Source: Octopus vulgaris
Taxonomy: Eukaryota
Assembly (NCBI GenBank): GCA_951406725.2
Contig: OX597837.1
Location: forward strand, 15,872,001 to 15,936,000
Length of the DNA: 64,000 nucleotides
Direction of reading: 5' to 3'
Position numbers and translations under genes: made by a program. Every line of letters begins with the position of its first letter. Position 1 is the stretch's first letter. The notes beneath the pieces are model-generated. The model was not told the DNA's origin, searched no databases, and was given only the letters and a program-made list of their open reading frames with translations. Positions 38,391 through 51,862 of this stretch are shown piece by piece.

Positions 38391-39683
38391 TCTTTACAGT
38401 ATTCACAGAGCGTTGAGCTAGTCATGATATCTGCATCTTGATATCTGGTGCGAATCATCATGATACAGATATAATTGTTTTCCAATATTCAGATGGCTTC
38501 CACTTCTCCATATCACCATTTTCTCAACTACATCTTTACTCTTTATGCTCTCCAATGCTCTTGATAGTATCAAGTTGTTCTTTTTACCGCAACACCGTGT
38601 GTTATCCAGGACTGCATTATTTATGATTATCCCCTGGCACTATATTCCCCAGGATTGCTATCTGAGATTGTATCATCCAGCGCTAGACTATCTGGCACTA
38701 TGTTATCCAGTGCAGTCGGATGCTCTCCTACCAGTGAAGAGAGCGCGTGGTGCAGTGGTTAGGGTATTCGGTTCACTATCGTAAGATCATGAGTTCGACG
38801 AATAGCGGCGCGTTGAGTCCTAGATCAAGACACTTTATTTCATATTGCTCCAGTTCACTCAGCTGTACCTGTATTTCAAAGGGCCAACCATATTACATTG
38901 TGTCCCTCTGAATTTTAAAATTTCACATTTTCGTTCGCCCGAAACCGAAGTCGTGTTGGGTTCATTATTCTTAACTTTATTATAATACAAATGCAATGAA
39001 GGGAGAAAAAATGTTATCGTCGCTCATACATGCCAAACTCATAAATAAAACCGAGCTAAGGTTATTTTCGTCTCACCGCATGAGTTGATTAATTACTACA
39101 TTAATTATACGGATGCAATTAGCTGTTCAGTTGATGATAGATTGATCTGGGGCCAGACATCTTTATTTCGACACCTCCCCTAAAGTACTTCATAATTAAA
39201 TCAAGAGACAAGGAAAGCTTCTATGCGGCCAGTTGAACCTATAGAAATAGCAGCTAAACCGTCCTCAGATTACAATGTACCTCCTTTTAAAAACAATGTC
39301 CATATTGGATGGATTATATACTGTTTGATATACAAAGAAGTGAGGTTGGTCATAGCTGGAAAGTCTTTGATCGTAGGCTTGCTCAATCATAGTTACTAAA
39401 GGCTAAACAGCAACAACTTTAATATTTGATCGTTCAAATAATTAATTACATTGACAATATCGACTTGGGTGTCTTTAGATATCGATTATGATTCAATTCC
39501 CAGCTCGAATGCTTTACCGAGACACTAAATCGATCCAGTATTTGACAGGTATTTCGTTTCCTCGGCCCCGGAAGGAGGAAATCTTGGCAGGGTTTGAACA
39601 CGGAACATGGAAGATTTCCGCGGCAAACTGCGGCCCGCTCGACAAAAAATAAATTTCGATTGTTTTTAGTATTGCGGCCCGGG

Positions 39684-39884
39684 TACCACTTGAGAACAGT
39701 GGTCACGGTGCGCGCACTCGCAAGTCGTGACTAGTCGATCCTACAACGACTACCTGGCAAAGTAAATAAAACACAAAAACACAAAGTAAATAATTTTTTA
39801 AATACAAAGTAAGGATCGACTAGTCATGACTAGCTAGCGCGGATGCGCGAGTACGCACACCGGGACCACTGTTCTCAGGTAGTA
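39684..39884. mobile_element. TA-flanked MITE with ~55-70 bp inverted arms
   Basis: TA-CCACTTGAGAACAGTGGTCACGGTG..GACTAGTCGATCCT / AGGATCGACTAGTC..CACCGGGACCACTGTTCTCAGGTAG-TA around an A-rich spacer. Confidence 0.75.
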
Positions 39885-40230
39885 CCGTTGCCCGCTTCTC
39901 GAAAACCTTTGCCCGTCTCTGCTGGATCCCAATTTTGTCCAATTCCAAGTGAAATGTTCAACAAAGGCGAGATTCGTTTCATGGGTATCTGCCTTTTAAG
40001 CGTTGTTTGTTCGGTTACCTGCCTCTTTAACGCTAATGCCTTCAATTTTTAATTTGTTGTAGGAGTGAATAGTCTATTTGCATCACTTAACTTCGTTAAT
40101 AATGCTCATCAAAAAAGGCATGAATGTCACGAAATCTCATCTCATTTGAAAGCCCCTTCGACAATAATATCGTATTTAGGTTGGTAGTGTTTGGGGTTAC
40201 CTGTCTCTGAAATGTTTGCGAGTGTTCATT

Positions 40231-40480
40231 GGGTCACCTGCCTCACTAACGCTATGTTTTTCAACCTCTATGTTGGGTCACCTGCCTCACTAACGCTATG
40301 TTTTTCAACTTTTACGTTGGGTCACCTACCTCACTAACGCTATGTTTTACAACCTCTATGTTGGGTCGCCTGCCTCACTAACGCTATGTTTTCCAAACTC
40401 TATGTTGGGTCGCCTGCCTCACTAACGCTATGTTTTCCAAACTCTATGTTGGGTTATCTGCCCCTCCAACGTTATGTTTT
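40231..40480 (+). repeat. 44-bp minisatellite, ~5.6 units
   Basis: GGGTCACCTGCCTCACTAACGCTATGTTTTTCAACCTCTATGTT starting at 40231, 40275, 40319, 40363, 40407 and 40451 (partial). Confidence 0.95.
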
Positions 40481-41280
40481 GGTCTACTTTAATCGTCATC
40501 GCCAAGGCATGAATGTCACCACAACACAACAGCTAACAATAAACAACCAGATACTCTTAAAGGAACCTTGACATAGGTAAACATACTTTTCCTCTATGAT
40601 CTCTATTACCATTATCGGAGTAGGAATTAGCAGGAATTACATGTCGCTTTGCCCAAATCCCAATTATTGAACTTTGACCTCGGTGGACTTTGACCTGGAT
40701 GGTTTCCTTGAAATTCTTATTCAATTACGATCATCGTCATTACAAGCGTCAAAACCCGGGTTATTATTTTCTCTGAGTCTAAACTTAATTAATAATTCAA
40801 TATCAATTAGCGAGAATCGTAGATTTTAAAATGCCGACTGAGCCGAGTGTTTGGCGATCGGGTTTCGATTCCTTGTCCCCGTAGTTATATTAATTTATTT
40901 CCATTTCTTAACATCGTTAAAAGTTTCTCGAGAAAGGCATGAACATCACGTAATCTTGTTTTATCTTACGTTGAAGAATATCGTAAAACGGCCCCGGACC
41001 CAGTGAGACCTTTTTGCGATCAGGTTTTATTTGTGGTCGCAGAAATTCCACTTCCGCGACTTGATTGATTCTGTTGAAAGACATTGAACATCATTTAAGC
41101 TTGTTTTTATTTCTGCATATCTTCTACTTTGCATGCGTGTAAATATGTGAAACAAATTCGGTGTTTATACAAGCCAACTTAGAAAGTTTGTTGACGTAGG
41201 AAGAAGTAACAGCGAAATCACATATTACCAAACTATAAAAGGGAGAATTCATTGGATAATGTACATCTACATACACATGA

Positions 41281-41317
<37 letters not shown>

Positions 41318-42688
41318 GTGGGATACTTTTCATTACAGATTTGTTACAGCAGTCAACGAATGACTTATAGTGTCGTCCGATCTGTTTGAAAAAACAACTA
41401 AATCTCGCCCAACCCACATCGTACACTAATAAAAGAAGGGCTCATACGATGTTGTGGTCCTAAATATATATCTTGCTTGGGAAAATGAATTAATTACCAC
41501 GGATCCGGAACGTTTCCGATCATGGGTTTGTTGGAGTAGGGCTGACTCGGACATTAGACAACAGCTGAATCTTCCTTACCTCGCATCCTAATGTATTTAT
41601 AGAAGGAATTTAAAGCAAGTTTAGATACATAATATTTGGGTGGTGGAGGAGGAAAGGGTTATTTAAGGCTGGAACCCATTTGGCCACAGGTTTTGGCTAT
41701 TAAACAACAACGTTTAATATGAATTACTTTAAGTTCTGAGACCAGGAAGTATCCGAAATACACTTTCTTTCAGTAGCTCCGTTTATCATATTTCGAGTGA
41801 ATGTTTTCTCTTGTCTTGTAAATCATATTTCTTTTTTCGATGGCCAATTTCCCTCCCTGGGCCTCACAGCTCGGTGAAACTAATTTTGTCAGTAGAGTAA
41901 CTTCCCTTGTGTCACAAACATATTGCGTAGGCGCATCTTCCCACGCACACCGCGCTTTTGCTGGAAATAACAGTTAAATTTATTTCTCATATCACACCCT
42001 ACTGTCTTAACATAAAAAAAAAATTAACTGCTATTTCTAGCATCTCAGGTGACTAGGTAGAGGTTCATGTGTTGTCACAACAAAATAAAAAAGAATGGTT
42101 TGAAGATTGTTGTTTTGTCTCAAGAAAGCCTTGATCAAGAAAGCATTTCAGCTATGACCACCCTGTCTATTTCGTTTTTTCTGGCAAATGTGTCCTCATA
42201 TCTGGTCAAAATATTCTACCTACTCTATATTCAAACTGGTCAGGTCCTGCCTCTCCCACTTGCCCTACATTGTCAGTATAATATAAACAATCATATCATT
42301 GAAATATTGAAGTTACAAGATAAAGCATTCTTAGTTCAAAACGATGTGAATAAATATTCATTTGAGTGAGTGATCTGAGCACTAATAGGTTAAGGCAACA
42401 GGGTTTGATTTGAGGGAGATTTGGCTTCTATTTCTAACAGGTTAAGCAACTGGTGTAAAAATCTCCCTTGCCACTTCATTGTTTATTAGTCTTGGCTACA
42501 TAAAGCACAGAGTGTTTGTACCAGAAATTACCTGAGGTCTTTAACTATAAAGGAATTGCATAATTGCTTTTTTTTTTAATGGGATTTGAGGGAGACTGTT
42601 GTATTGAATGAAGCCCCCACTTCGTTTGTGTTCCATCATTGAATGTGAGTTTTATATTATTTGCAGATAATCTTCTCATTTTCTGGCA

Positions 42689-42791
42689 ATGGACATCAGC
42701 TCAAAATTAGAAGCATCTGTGGTCGGTGCAGGCTGTGTGTATGTGCTGTATTCTGTGCAGTCGTTTGTGAACAGTTACATCCTCCTGTTTC
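42689..42791 (+). CDS. DOLK: dolichol kinase coding exon 1 (MDISSKLEASVVGAGCVYVLYSVQSFVNSYILLF)
   Basis: Acceptor at 42666 (implies an upstream non-coding exon), ATG at 42689, donor C|GTAAGT; LEASVV resembles LAEAAVV of human DOLK. Confidence 0.8.
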
Positions 42792-42859
42792 GTAAGTATA
42801 CTTCTTTGGTCTGTATTCTACTTGGTCAAAACTAGTTGTCCTTATTTCAGTCTGTTTAA

Positions 42860-43247
42860 TCGTCCTTCATCACAACAATGCCAGACCTCACACTTCTTGG
42901 CTGATGCAACAGAAGTCACTCGGGCCCGGGTGGGAGGTTTTGGCACACTCTCCATATTCACTTGACCTTGAACCTCAAGAATGCCACCCCTTTCAGACGC
43001 TTTGAAATTCATTAAATGGACAAACCTTCAACTCTGAAGAAGGTGTAAAGATTCATCTGGAAGAGTTTTTTGCCAGTCAAGACAGGAAATTCTTCAAATG
43101 GAGAATAATGGATCTCCTTACAAAATGGCAGAAGATTCTGGAACGAAATGGTGATCGTATCACCGATTGAATCGATCACTTTGTGTTTAAAACTTGTGTC
43201 TTATTTTACGTTGAAAAAACCAAATGAACTTTTTAGTCAACCCAGTA
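42860..43247 (+). mobile_element. mariner transposase 3' fragment with right TIR, in DOLK intron
   Basis: LHHNNARPHT, GWEVLAHSPYSLDL, KWQKILERNGD; ends AAACCAAATGAACTTTTTAGTCAACCCAG-TA. Confidence 0.8.
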
Positions 43248-43660
43248 TATATTTGTGTGTGTGTGTTTGTGCCTTGATGACTCTGGTGTTGGTTTGTTTA
43301 TGTCCTCATAGTTTAGCTGTTCAGCAAAAGAGACCAATAGAACAAATGCCAGCCTTAGAAAACAAAAATTACTGGGGTCAATTTGTTCAAGTAAATACTT
43401 CAAGATGGTGCTCCAGTATGGACGTGATTTAATGACTGGAACAAGCGAAAATAAGACACAAACAGACACCCCTTCACCCTCTTTCCCCTCTCCCTTTCTG
43501 CCCCTCTCCTTTTCTGTCACTCAGCCACTCTTCCTCTCTCCCCTACTCCTCTTTCTCCCCCTCTCCCTCCCTGCACCTCTCCCCCTCTTTTTCTCACTCA
43601 CACATACATGCACAGCCATACATTCTCTAAACATCATAAATATCCACGTGCAAGTAGTCA

Positions 43661-43695
<35 letters not shown>

Positions 43696-45308
43696 CTATG
43701 CAAATGTGCTGACATACATATGCACACATACATATGCACACATACATATGCACACATACATATGCACACATACATATGCACACATACAACTACACGGATA
43801 AATCCACACATACGCACATGAGTCAATGAATAAATTAATGCACGGACGAACCCCCACCACCACTCTTCTTCCTCAAGTCCTCAGACATTTTATATTCGTT
43901 CAATAAGTTCCTAAATGCAAAGGTAAACAATACTCAGGTGAATTGTCACCTGAGACAAGCATTGAACCCCTCACCTGCCTCACGCCAGTCTCTTAACAGC
44001 AAAATAAACAAAGAAATGCATTTTGTGTTTTTTAATTTATGAAGACGGAAGTTCCCACGGCTGAGGAAGTACGACTTCCACGCTCGTGTCTGGACCAGCT
44101 TTCTTAATCAGAGATCTTCAAAGAAGTTAAACATGTTTTTAGTTAACTTGACGTTTGCTTTATTTACTACATTCGGTATTTGGGGCCAAGAGAAATTTAT
44201 TTGGGGCCAAGAGAAATTTTATTGCTAAAACATAGTCGCAGATTACAAGAATTTGTCTGTGTGTGTGTGTGCGTGCATGCATGTGTGTGCGTGCATGTCT
44301 GTGTGTGTGTGTGTGTGCGTGCATGCATGTGTGTGCGTGCATGCATGTGTGTGCCTGTATATTTCTTGGGAATTTATCTAAGTTTTACACCCTTGGCAGA
44401 ATACAAGCCAGTCCCTAACAAATTGCTAAAGGTTTTTTTTTGTTTAAGTGAAGGCAACTCTTGGGGTTTGTAGTTATCTGAATTGGTGGGTTATGTATGT
44501 GTGTGTGTGTGTGTGATTGTTTAATTTCCATTGTTCCATGCTTGCTCGGGTCGGTCAGTTTGACAGGGTCTGATGGTCCCAAGGACCGCATCATGCTTCA
44601 TTGCCTGTTTTGCCAGTGTTTCTATAGTTGGATGCCCTTCCTAACTCCAACAACTTTACAGCATGTCTTGGATGCTTCTCTCATGCCACAGCCATTCGTG
44701 AGGCAACCATGAGGCTTGCAAGATTATGAGTGCCAACAGATCGGAGTTGAGAGACGAAAGCTTGAAAGAAATGACCAGAACAGAAACAGGTTTGTAGCTG
44801 TAAAGGAGCTGCGTGGCTCTTTGCATTTTAGAAGGAAGGGTGGGCGTGATTGAGTGGAGTGGGAGAGTGATGAGGTGTCATAATGGATCAGGCATTATAT
44901 GTGGATGTTGTGTGAAGGAGGGAAAGGAATGAGACAAGCATCTCCTTTGAAAGTGTAAAGTCAGGTGTAAGATATTTCTAAATCTCTCAAACAGATTTAT
45001 GTAGTGGTAGCACGATAAAGTGATAGTATGTTGTCAACTTAATGTGGCAGTCCCACGAAAGGGAACAATGCTACTGTTATTTAGCCCTAGGAAACACCTT
45101 TTCCTATTGGACTTGACACATTTCCTGTGTAAAGTTAGGACGTGTATAAACGAATGAGCTGAAAGAAAAAGCTGCTATTATCATCAATTTCACTTTATGC
45201 CAAAAATCCTTTCTGCTGACCCCCTTTTTCTATATTTTACTTTCCCCCCCCCCATTTTGGCATCGTAAAGACTTGACATTAATGTGTGGACTTATTTTCT
45301 TCTTACAG

Positions 45309-45390
45309 ATTCAGCTGCATTTTGCTGGTCAGTTTACACAGAATGGAAATGGCAGTGTCAGACATTTCTCATTTCCAAGACATTTTGCAG
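45309..45390 (+). CDS. DOLK: dolichol kinase exon 2 (HSAAFCWSVYTEWKWQCQTFLISKTFC)
   Basis: TTCTTACAG / GTAAGT, phase 1->2; VYTEWKW resembles FYVQYKW. Confidence 0.88.
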
Positions 45391-46120
45391 GTAAGTCATA
45401 AATTTACTGGAACACTCATTCTTTTTGTCGTTAAATTGTGGCCAGAGTGAAGCCGGGTGACCGTTGCCATTAGGATTATAGTTTTAGTCTATTTCATGAA
45501 CTGCTTCATGTCACACCGGTCCATACAGACTCACGAGGCCAGCGTCCTGGTTTCTTTGGTGTATATAGTCTTTCCCCAGAGCAACATAAAATGAAGTGTC
45601 TTGCTCAAGAACACAATGTGTCATCCTGTCCAGGAATTGAACCCACGATCTTAGAATCATGAATGCAACTCCCTAACCTACGTTTGAAGACAATGGATTC
45701 ATTATGGGTAGAACCCTTTTGATTGTAAGCCTGGTCCATCAAACAGCCAAATGTTTCTTTTATCTTTGGATTTTATTTGTTTCAGTCATGTGGCCATGCT
45801 GGGGCACCACCTTGAAGGGCTTCATGGAACAAATCAATCTCAACCCTTACTTTTTTTTAGCCTGGTACTTATTCTATCAGTTTCTTTTGCTGAACAGCTA
45901 AATTATGGGGACATAAACAAACCGACCCCACACACACACATGACAGGCTTCCACACAGTTTCTGTCTCCCAAATTCACTCACAAAGCATTGGTCAGCTCA
46001 AGGTGTTGCACTGTGGGACTGAACCTGAAACCACATGTTTGCAAAGCAAGCTTCTTAAACCACATGGCCACCCCTTTTGAAATTTGCAAATTATCTTCTT
46101 GTCCTTTTCCTCCATTTCAG

Positions 46121-46194
46121 ACCACGGGCCAGGTGTTCGGTGTGGTCAGTCCTGATCTTCCCCCTTTGTTTGTTGTCACGGATTCGGTCATCCA
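46121..46194 (+). CDS. DOLK: dolichol kinase exon 3 (RPRARCSVWSVLIFPLCLLSRIRSS)
   Basis: CCATTTCAG / GTAAGT, phase 2->1, frame stays open. Confidence 0.85.
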
Positions 46195-47149
46195 GTAAGT
46201 TCCTTTCTTCATGCATGGTGTGGGCCATGGTAGTGATGGTAGTCAGTAGTTTATAAAAAAAAAAGTGATTAAGATAATTAACTCATTAACATTCAGATTA
46301 TTCTGTCAAAAGTAATGCTAATTATTTCGAATTAATTATGCATTTTCACAAAGCTTCAAAATTACGATGAGCTAATTGTTTATTTTTAGAATAACATTGC
46401 AGGGTAAGTGTGAGAGGCCAGATTCTGACCAATCTGAACATAAAACAAAACCTGTAGAATATTTGGGGTGGATTAGACCAGCTTAAATGCTAAAGGATTT
46501 AGGTGATTAAAATCTATGTCAGAACAAAGGTAAACAGACAGTCCGTGTGGTTTTTAAGTTTTTTATATCTTCAAAGTGGTGGACTGGGTTGGATTGGAAG
46601 AGAAATGAGATGGGTGGAGGTGGGGGGGGCATAGTGTGGCTATGATGGTGATAATGATGAGGATGATGATGATGACAATGAGGAGGAGTGGGAGGTGGAG
46701 CCAGAACATGTCCTCATCTTTTTAAAGTAACATGACTAAGAAAATGAGCAGAAGGGAGCCATGGAGACAGAAGATTGATGGAAAGTAAGCAACAGTTACA
46801 AGGAAACAAGCCATTCCATCTCAACTTAAGCATCCTGTTTCTAAAAGACAGAGCAAAACGGAATTGCAAGAGGCCGTTGGTTGAGGTAGGGGTTGGGATT
46901 CAGAATGCATCAGTGGTATGGATGGTGAGAAGAGATGATAGAGAGATGGGAGAGGGGGGTACAGAGGGAGAAGGGCATTTAGTAGGGGTGGTTGAATGGT
47001 TTTGTTTCAGTCATGGGTGGTTTGGCACAATGGATAGGAGAAGAAATGGTAGGAAAGTGCAAAAGTAGAGAATAAAAAATAAGCAGGGGAGAGATATGTA
47101 CCCCCCCACTCCACAATTTTGCTGAGTATTTCGTCAAGTTTCTCCAGGA

Positions 47150-47900
47150 GGCTGGGTGTTCTGCAACATTGTGCATCACCAGTCAAAATTGTCTTCTGTC
47201 ATCTCATTGGATGTTGCATCTTGGGAAGTCTTCCACAAGTGCCATTCCCTTTGAATGCTTGGCACTTATGCAGCTGCCATCTGCCATCTGCATCATTGTT
47301 CCATACAAAGAGAGTTTCTTCTCTTAGACACTGCATCTGGTTCCTCTTATACCTCTTCTGTCTCTCAATTTATTCTCCATGGATGCTGACATGCAGTGAT
47401 GCACGCTTGCCTCGTCGTCTTCAAGCTCACTGCCATGCAGCTGTGCATTTCGTGCACAAGCTTCATGCAATCTGCTCTTCACTGAGGAAAAAAAGCTCTT
47501 TCTGGCCAGTAGAATTACTATCTCTCTGGACTTTCTCCTTTCCATTCTTATTCTAGATACGACTCTTTTGGAATATTTGCTCTCAAAACTAATTATGTTA
47601 CCTTGGTAACAAAACTTATCTACTGCTTCATGAGATACCTGGTCTTCTTGCTTTGGCTGGACAATAGGCACCGGTCACTGAGACAAGGAGACTTGTGTTG
47701 TACAAGTGTGATTATCACTTATAAGCCAATGACATCCACATGTCTCTTTGTGCTGACCTCATTCCTCATCCTCTCCACTTAAAGTCCTGTGGTAAGGCAA
47801 CAGTGATGACGTGTGCAGACGTAACCACTCGGAAGTTCACAGTTAGTTATAACTTTTGCCTGTCACACCTTACAAATCTCACAGATGGACTGAATTGCTA
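47150..47900 (-). mobile_element. RTE-type LINE reverse transcriptase C-terminal fragment
   Basis: KFCYQGNIIS..VVSRIR..KSREI..VKSRLHEACARNAQLHGSE, decayed RTE motif. Confidence 0.7.
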
Positions 47901-48535
47901 TCTGTGAGGTCATGGATAGAAAGTCTGAAATGTCATTAAACAACAAGGAAGCACAAGGAGACGGCTATCATCTGTGAAAATGGAGCAATCGCTATATATG
48001 TGTGTATATATACAGGGTGCAATGGGTTAATTGTTGCCATTTAATGTTTTTAATTTTGCACATGATTTTGTTGACTACACAGTATAGTAGGGTCAGTTGG
48101 GCACCGTCTGTGAGAAAAAGAACACCATGATGCAATTCACTCTGCCCAAAATTTGGAAACGACTTGCTGTACTGCTTGGCATTCCTGCCAGAATTTTGTG
48201 ATTCCCTGACCGTTGCTGTATAATGATGAAATGTACCCATTAATCAATTAAAGAATTCAATGGAAACAGTTGTAATTGACACCTACACATTGTTTATTAT
48301 ATTTACATACACATGTATATACATACATACTTGCATACACATGTATATACATATATACATACTTGCATACTCATGTATACACACGCACACACACCTGTAA
48401 GCATATCATTAGATGTTCTCATAATACTGAAATCAACCCAGTTCTTGACATACCTTTAGTATCAGTAGATGTGCTGCTCCTGTGACCCTCCAGTTGACAT
48501 ACTTTAATGCTTTCATGTTCTGGATTGTCTTTCAG

Positions 48536-48706
48536 GTTTTTCAACATATGAAGACGCTTTGTATCAAAGTTACATTCTGGTTTTGAATCCATTGTATCTG
48601 GCATATCGGATTCTTGAAAGACCAACGCATTTCCCGGACTCTCGTGCAAAGGAGATCTTCCTCGATGCAGTCTTTGGTGTCGCTATACCATTGTGGATGG
48701 AAAAAG
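48536..48706 (+). CDS. DOLK: dolichol kinase exon 4
   Basis: GTCTTTCAG / G|GTGAGG, phase 1->1, 171 nt open (SFSTYEDALYQSYILVLNPLYLAY..GVAIPLWMEK). Confidence 0.8.
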
Positions 48707-48841
48707 GTGAGGAAGGAAAAATGGTATTTTGTACACAGGTACATGCTTATGCAGACACACACGTGCATGTGTGTGTGTGTATGGGTGTGTGTGTGTGTGT
48801 GTGTGTGTGTGTACATATATATGAAAATGATGATGAGGATG

Positions 48842-48874
<33 letters not shown>

Positions 48875-48999
48875 TACATACATGCATGTGTGTGTGTGTG
48901 TGTGTGTGTGCTTGTTTGTGAATCTATGAATGGGTGTGCAGAAATGTTTGAGTGTTTTGATCATGAGGAAATATTACCTTGTTTGGTAACAAGGATGGC

Positions 49000-49246
<247 letters not shown>

Positions 49247-49494
49247 TCAGCTTCCAGATCAGAGGAAAGTGGTAAGTGATCTTTACTGTCATATCTTTTA
49301 TTTTTTTTACTTGTTTCAGTTGTAAGCTTGTGGCCATGCTGGGGCACCACCTTGAAGAACTTTTAGTCAAATGAACTGCACCCCAGGGGTTATTTTTTTT
49401 TAAGCCTGGCACTTATTCTATTGGTCTCTTTTGCTGAACTGCTTAGTTATGGGGATGTAAATACTCAGACACAAACTCGCCCGCATGCACACGC

Positions 49495-49548
<54 letters not shown>

Positions 49549-49569
49549 CATATACATTTTTACTTTCAG

Positions 49570-49733
49570 GCTGGTTGGACTCTTTTGCTTTTGGCATGAT
49601 GCTGGTTGCTCACCTTTATCTCATGAGAAAGATGCTGCTGCTCTTACCAAAGACATTTACTTATGGAGAACTGGTCCTTGTTTCCCAACTTATACAATAT
49701 TTTGTTCACAACAATGCCCTGTTGGTAATAAAG
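49570..49733 (+). CDS. DOLK: dolichol kinase exon 5
   Basis: TACTTTCAG / GTAACA, phase 1->0; LPKTFTYGE matches LPxxFTxGE. Confidence 0.92.
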
Positions 49734-50319
49734 GTAACATATTTCTCTCCTTGTCTTTTTCTATTGCTCTAACTCTACGGGTGAAATGAGAAAATAGTAA
49801 CAGATGGAACAAAAGGGAGAATCTTCCTCTCATCAGCTGCCCAATCATTGGAAACTTTCAGTTTTGGTACTTAGGACAGTACTGCATATCTTTATGTAAA
49901 CTGTTTATTTCATAATTAGACTGCAACCCAATTTGAGATATTAATTGGGCTGTGGTATAATTACGAAAGGGTTGCAATGACAAAAATATTTTTGACATAT
50001 CAACATCATCACTACGACCCCCATCGCCATCACTATCTCAACTGCCTTCTTCATCCTCACTTGCAATGCATTGGTCAGCCCAGGGCTATAGTAGAAGACA
50101 GTTTCTCAAAGTGCTATGCATTGGGACTGAACCTAAAACCTTGTGGCTATAAAGCAAGCTTCTTCATTACACAGCCATGCCTGCACCTATAAAAATTTTG
50201 TTTGGTTTGGCTGGGTTGTGATCCAGGATCGGACACTGTCCCCTATTGGTCATTGCTATAATATCCCTTACTTTGCCCCAACTCAATAAATCTATCCTTC
50301 TTTTCCTTTTGTTTTACAG

Positions 50320-50367
50320 AAAATGACTGCAGGAATTTATGTTTTAGACATGGAAGTTATAATTGCC
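50320..50367 (+). CDS. DOLK: dolichol kinase exon 6 (KMTAGIYVLDMEVIIA)
   Basis: TTTTGTTTTACAG / GTAAGT, 48 nt, phase 0->0. Confidence 0.8.
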
Positions 50368-50562
50368 GTAAGTATTTGTGAATATTTAATCATTATTTAT
50401 TTATCTTATTTTTATTTTTAAAATTATGTATTTAGTAAGTAATAACTTTGTTGGTGATTAAGAAGTTTCTAACGAACCAATTTACTAATCTGTTGCATTA
50501 CTTTTGGAATGATTTTTGAGGATAAAATTTTGGTTTTGTTTCCATCTTTTTTTGTTTTCCAG

Positions 50563-50736
50563 ACTGTGGTTCTTACTCTGGCCATTTCCGCAGCTATTTT
50601 CCATAATTCAAAGGTTTCTCCAATCAAATTCTATGTGACATACGGTCTGCTAGCAAATGCTATAATAATCTTTTGGATAATGCTGTTGCACCCATTTAGT
50701 TTTGAGAAGTTGGTCCGTTATGTGAGTAGAAACCAG
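50563..50736 (+). CDS. DOLK: dolichol kinase exon 7
   Basis: TTTGTTTTCCAG / GTAAGA, 174 nt, two hydrophobic segments. Confidence 0.88.
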
Positions 50737-51862
50737 GTAAGATTCTGAAGAGAAACAGGATGATATGGTTGGGTCAGGTACTGAGGAAGAATGAAAATAA
50801 CTGGGTGAGAGGAGACGATGGAAATGAACGAGGGAGGTGGAGGAAAGAGAAGATTGAAAAAGACATGCTTGAAGGTGATGGGGAGGGGGAGGAAATTGGG
50901 ATAACAGAGTTAATGAGGTGAGATGTAGAAGATGGGGAAAAAATGGGGTAGAATTTCCTGAGATTTGTATGCCAAACTTCTGAGTAAGGAAATGGTCCTA
51001 GCACTTGGCCCTCAATGTTTAAACCAGCCATATTCTATCTGTTTTATGTTCAAACTGCTCAGATGTGGCCTTTCACACCTACCCTCAAGATATACAGCCT
51101 CATCATTGAAATCTTGAAGCTAAGAAATGGTAATGCAAGAGGAATTGAAAACGGTGAGACTCAATGAGGATTGCATTCGACAGAATAACACGAATAGTAA
51201 AAAGTTAAAATATTTCTCGTTTTCTGTTTCGATTCCTAATGTTTCTCTTGTTGATGTTGACGTTGTTTGTTTCCGAGTGAACTCTAAACAAATATGGGTC
51301 TCAGGATGCACACTAGAGAGCAGAATCTGTTCTTTGTGCAATGTCTTCACCACCTCTGACTTACAGCCATGAAACAAAGCAAGTGCAAAGTGACAACCTG
51401 GACATGTTGTCCACTGTCCACTGTCCAGTTGATGGATAAAGTCGGAGTTGATTGTTGTTGCTGTTATTTAGCCCCATATATATGGAAACTGTATGGAAGC
51501 CGACGTAGTTGGGAAGCAAATTTCTTCTCAGCTGCACCTGGGCCAATTCTTCATGTTCCTATGCTTGCATGAATTGGGTGGAACTTTATTGAGGCAGATT
51601 ATCCCTACGACAGGATGCCCTTCCTGTCACCAACTCTCATCTGTTTCCAAGCAAGGTAACATTTGCCCCATGGCCAGACATGTTTCTCTCTCTCTCTCCC
51701 TCTCTCTCTCCCTCTCTCTCTCTATATATATATATGCACATACACACACACATTTATATGCATACATATATAAAACGTATAAAACTATATATTATGTATT
51801 ATGTTTTACTGTGACAAACAGATAAATGTACAAATGTTTCTCTTTTCTGTGATTTCGACTAG

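Noticed and set aside
38740-38830. tRNA gene candidate
   Set aside because: tRNA-like A/B boxes run into a family B SINE body and there is no acceptor stem; the same holds at 22098, 55046 and 58752.
40231-40480. CRISPR-like array
   Set aside because: Units are contiguous near-identical 44-mers with no unique spacers, in a eukaryotic context without cas genes.
40833-40885. tRNA-like fragment (GCCGAGTG..GGTTTCGATTCC)
   Set aside because: Too short; lacks an anticodon arm and a cloverleaf.
41700-41950. Exact DOLK non-coding first exon
   Set aside because: An upstream exon is implied by the acceptor at 42666 and GGAAGT motifs occur here, but no donor site is strong enough to call coordinates.
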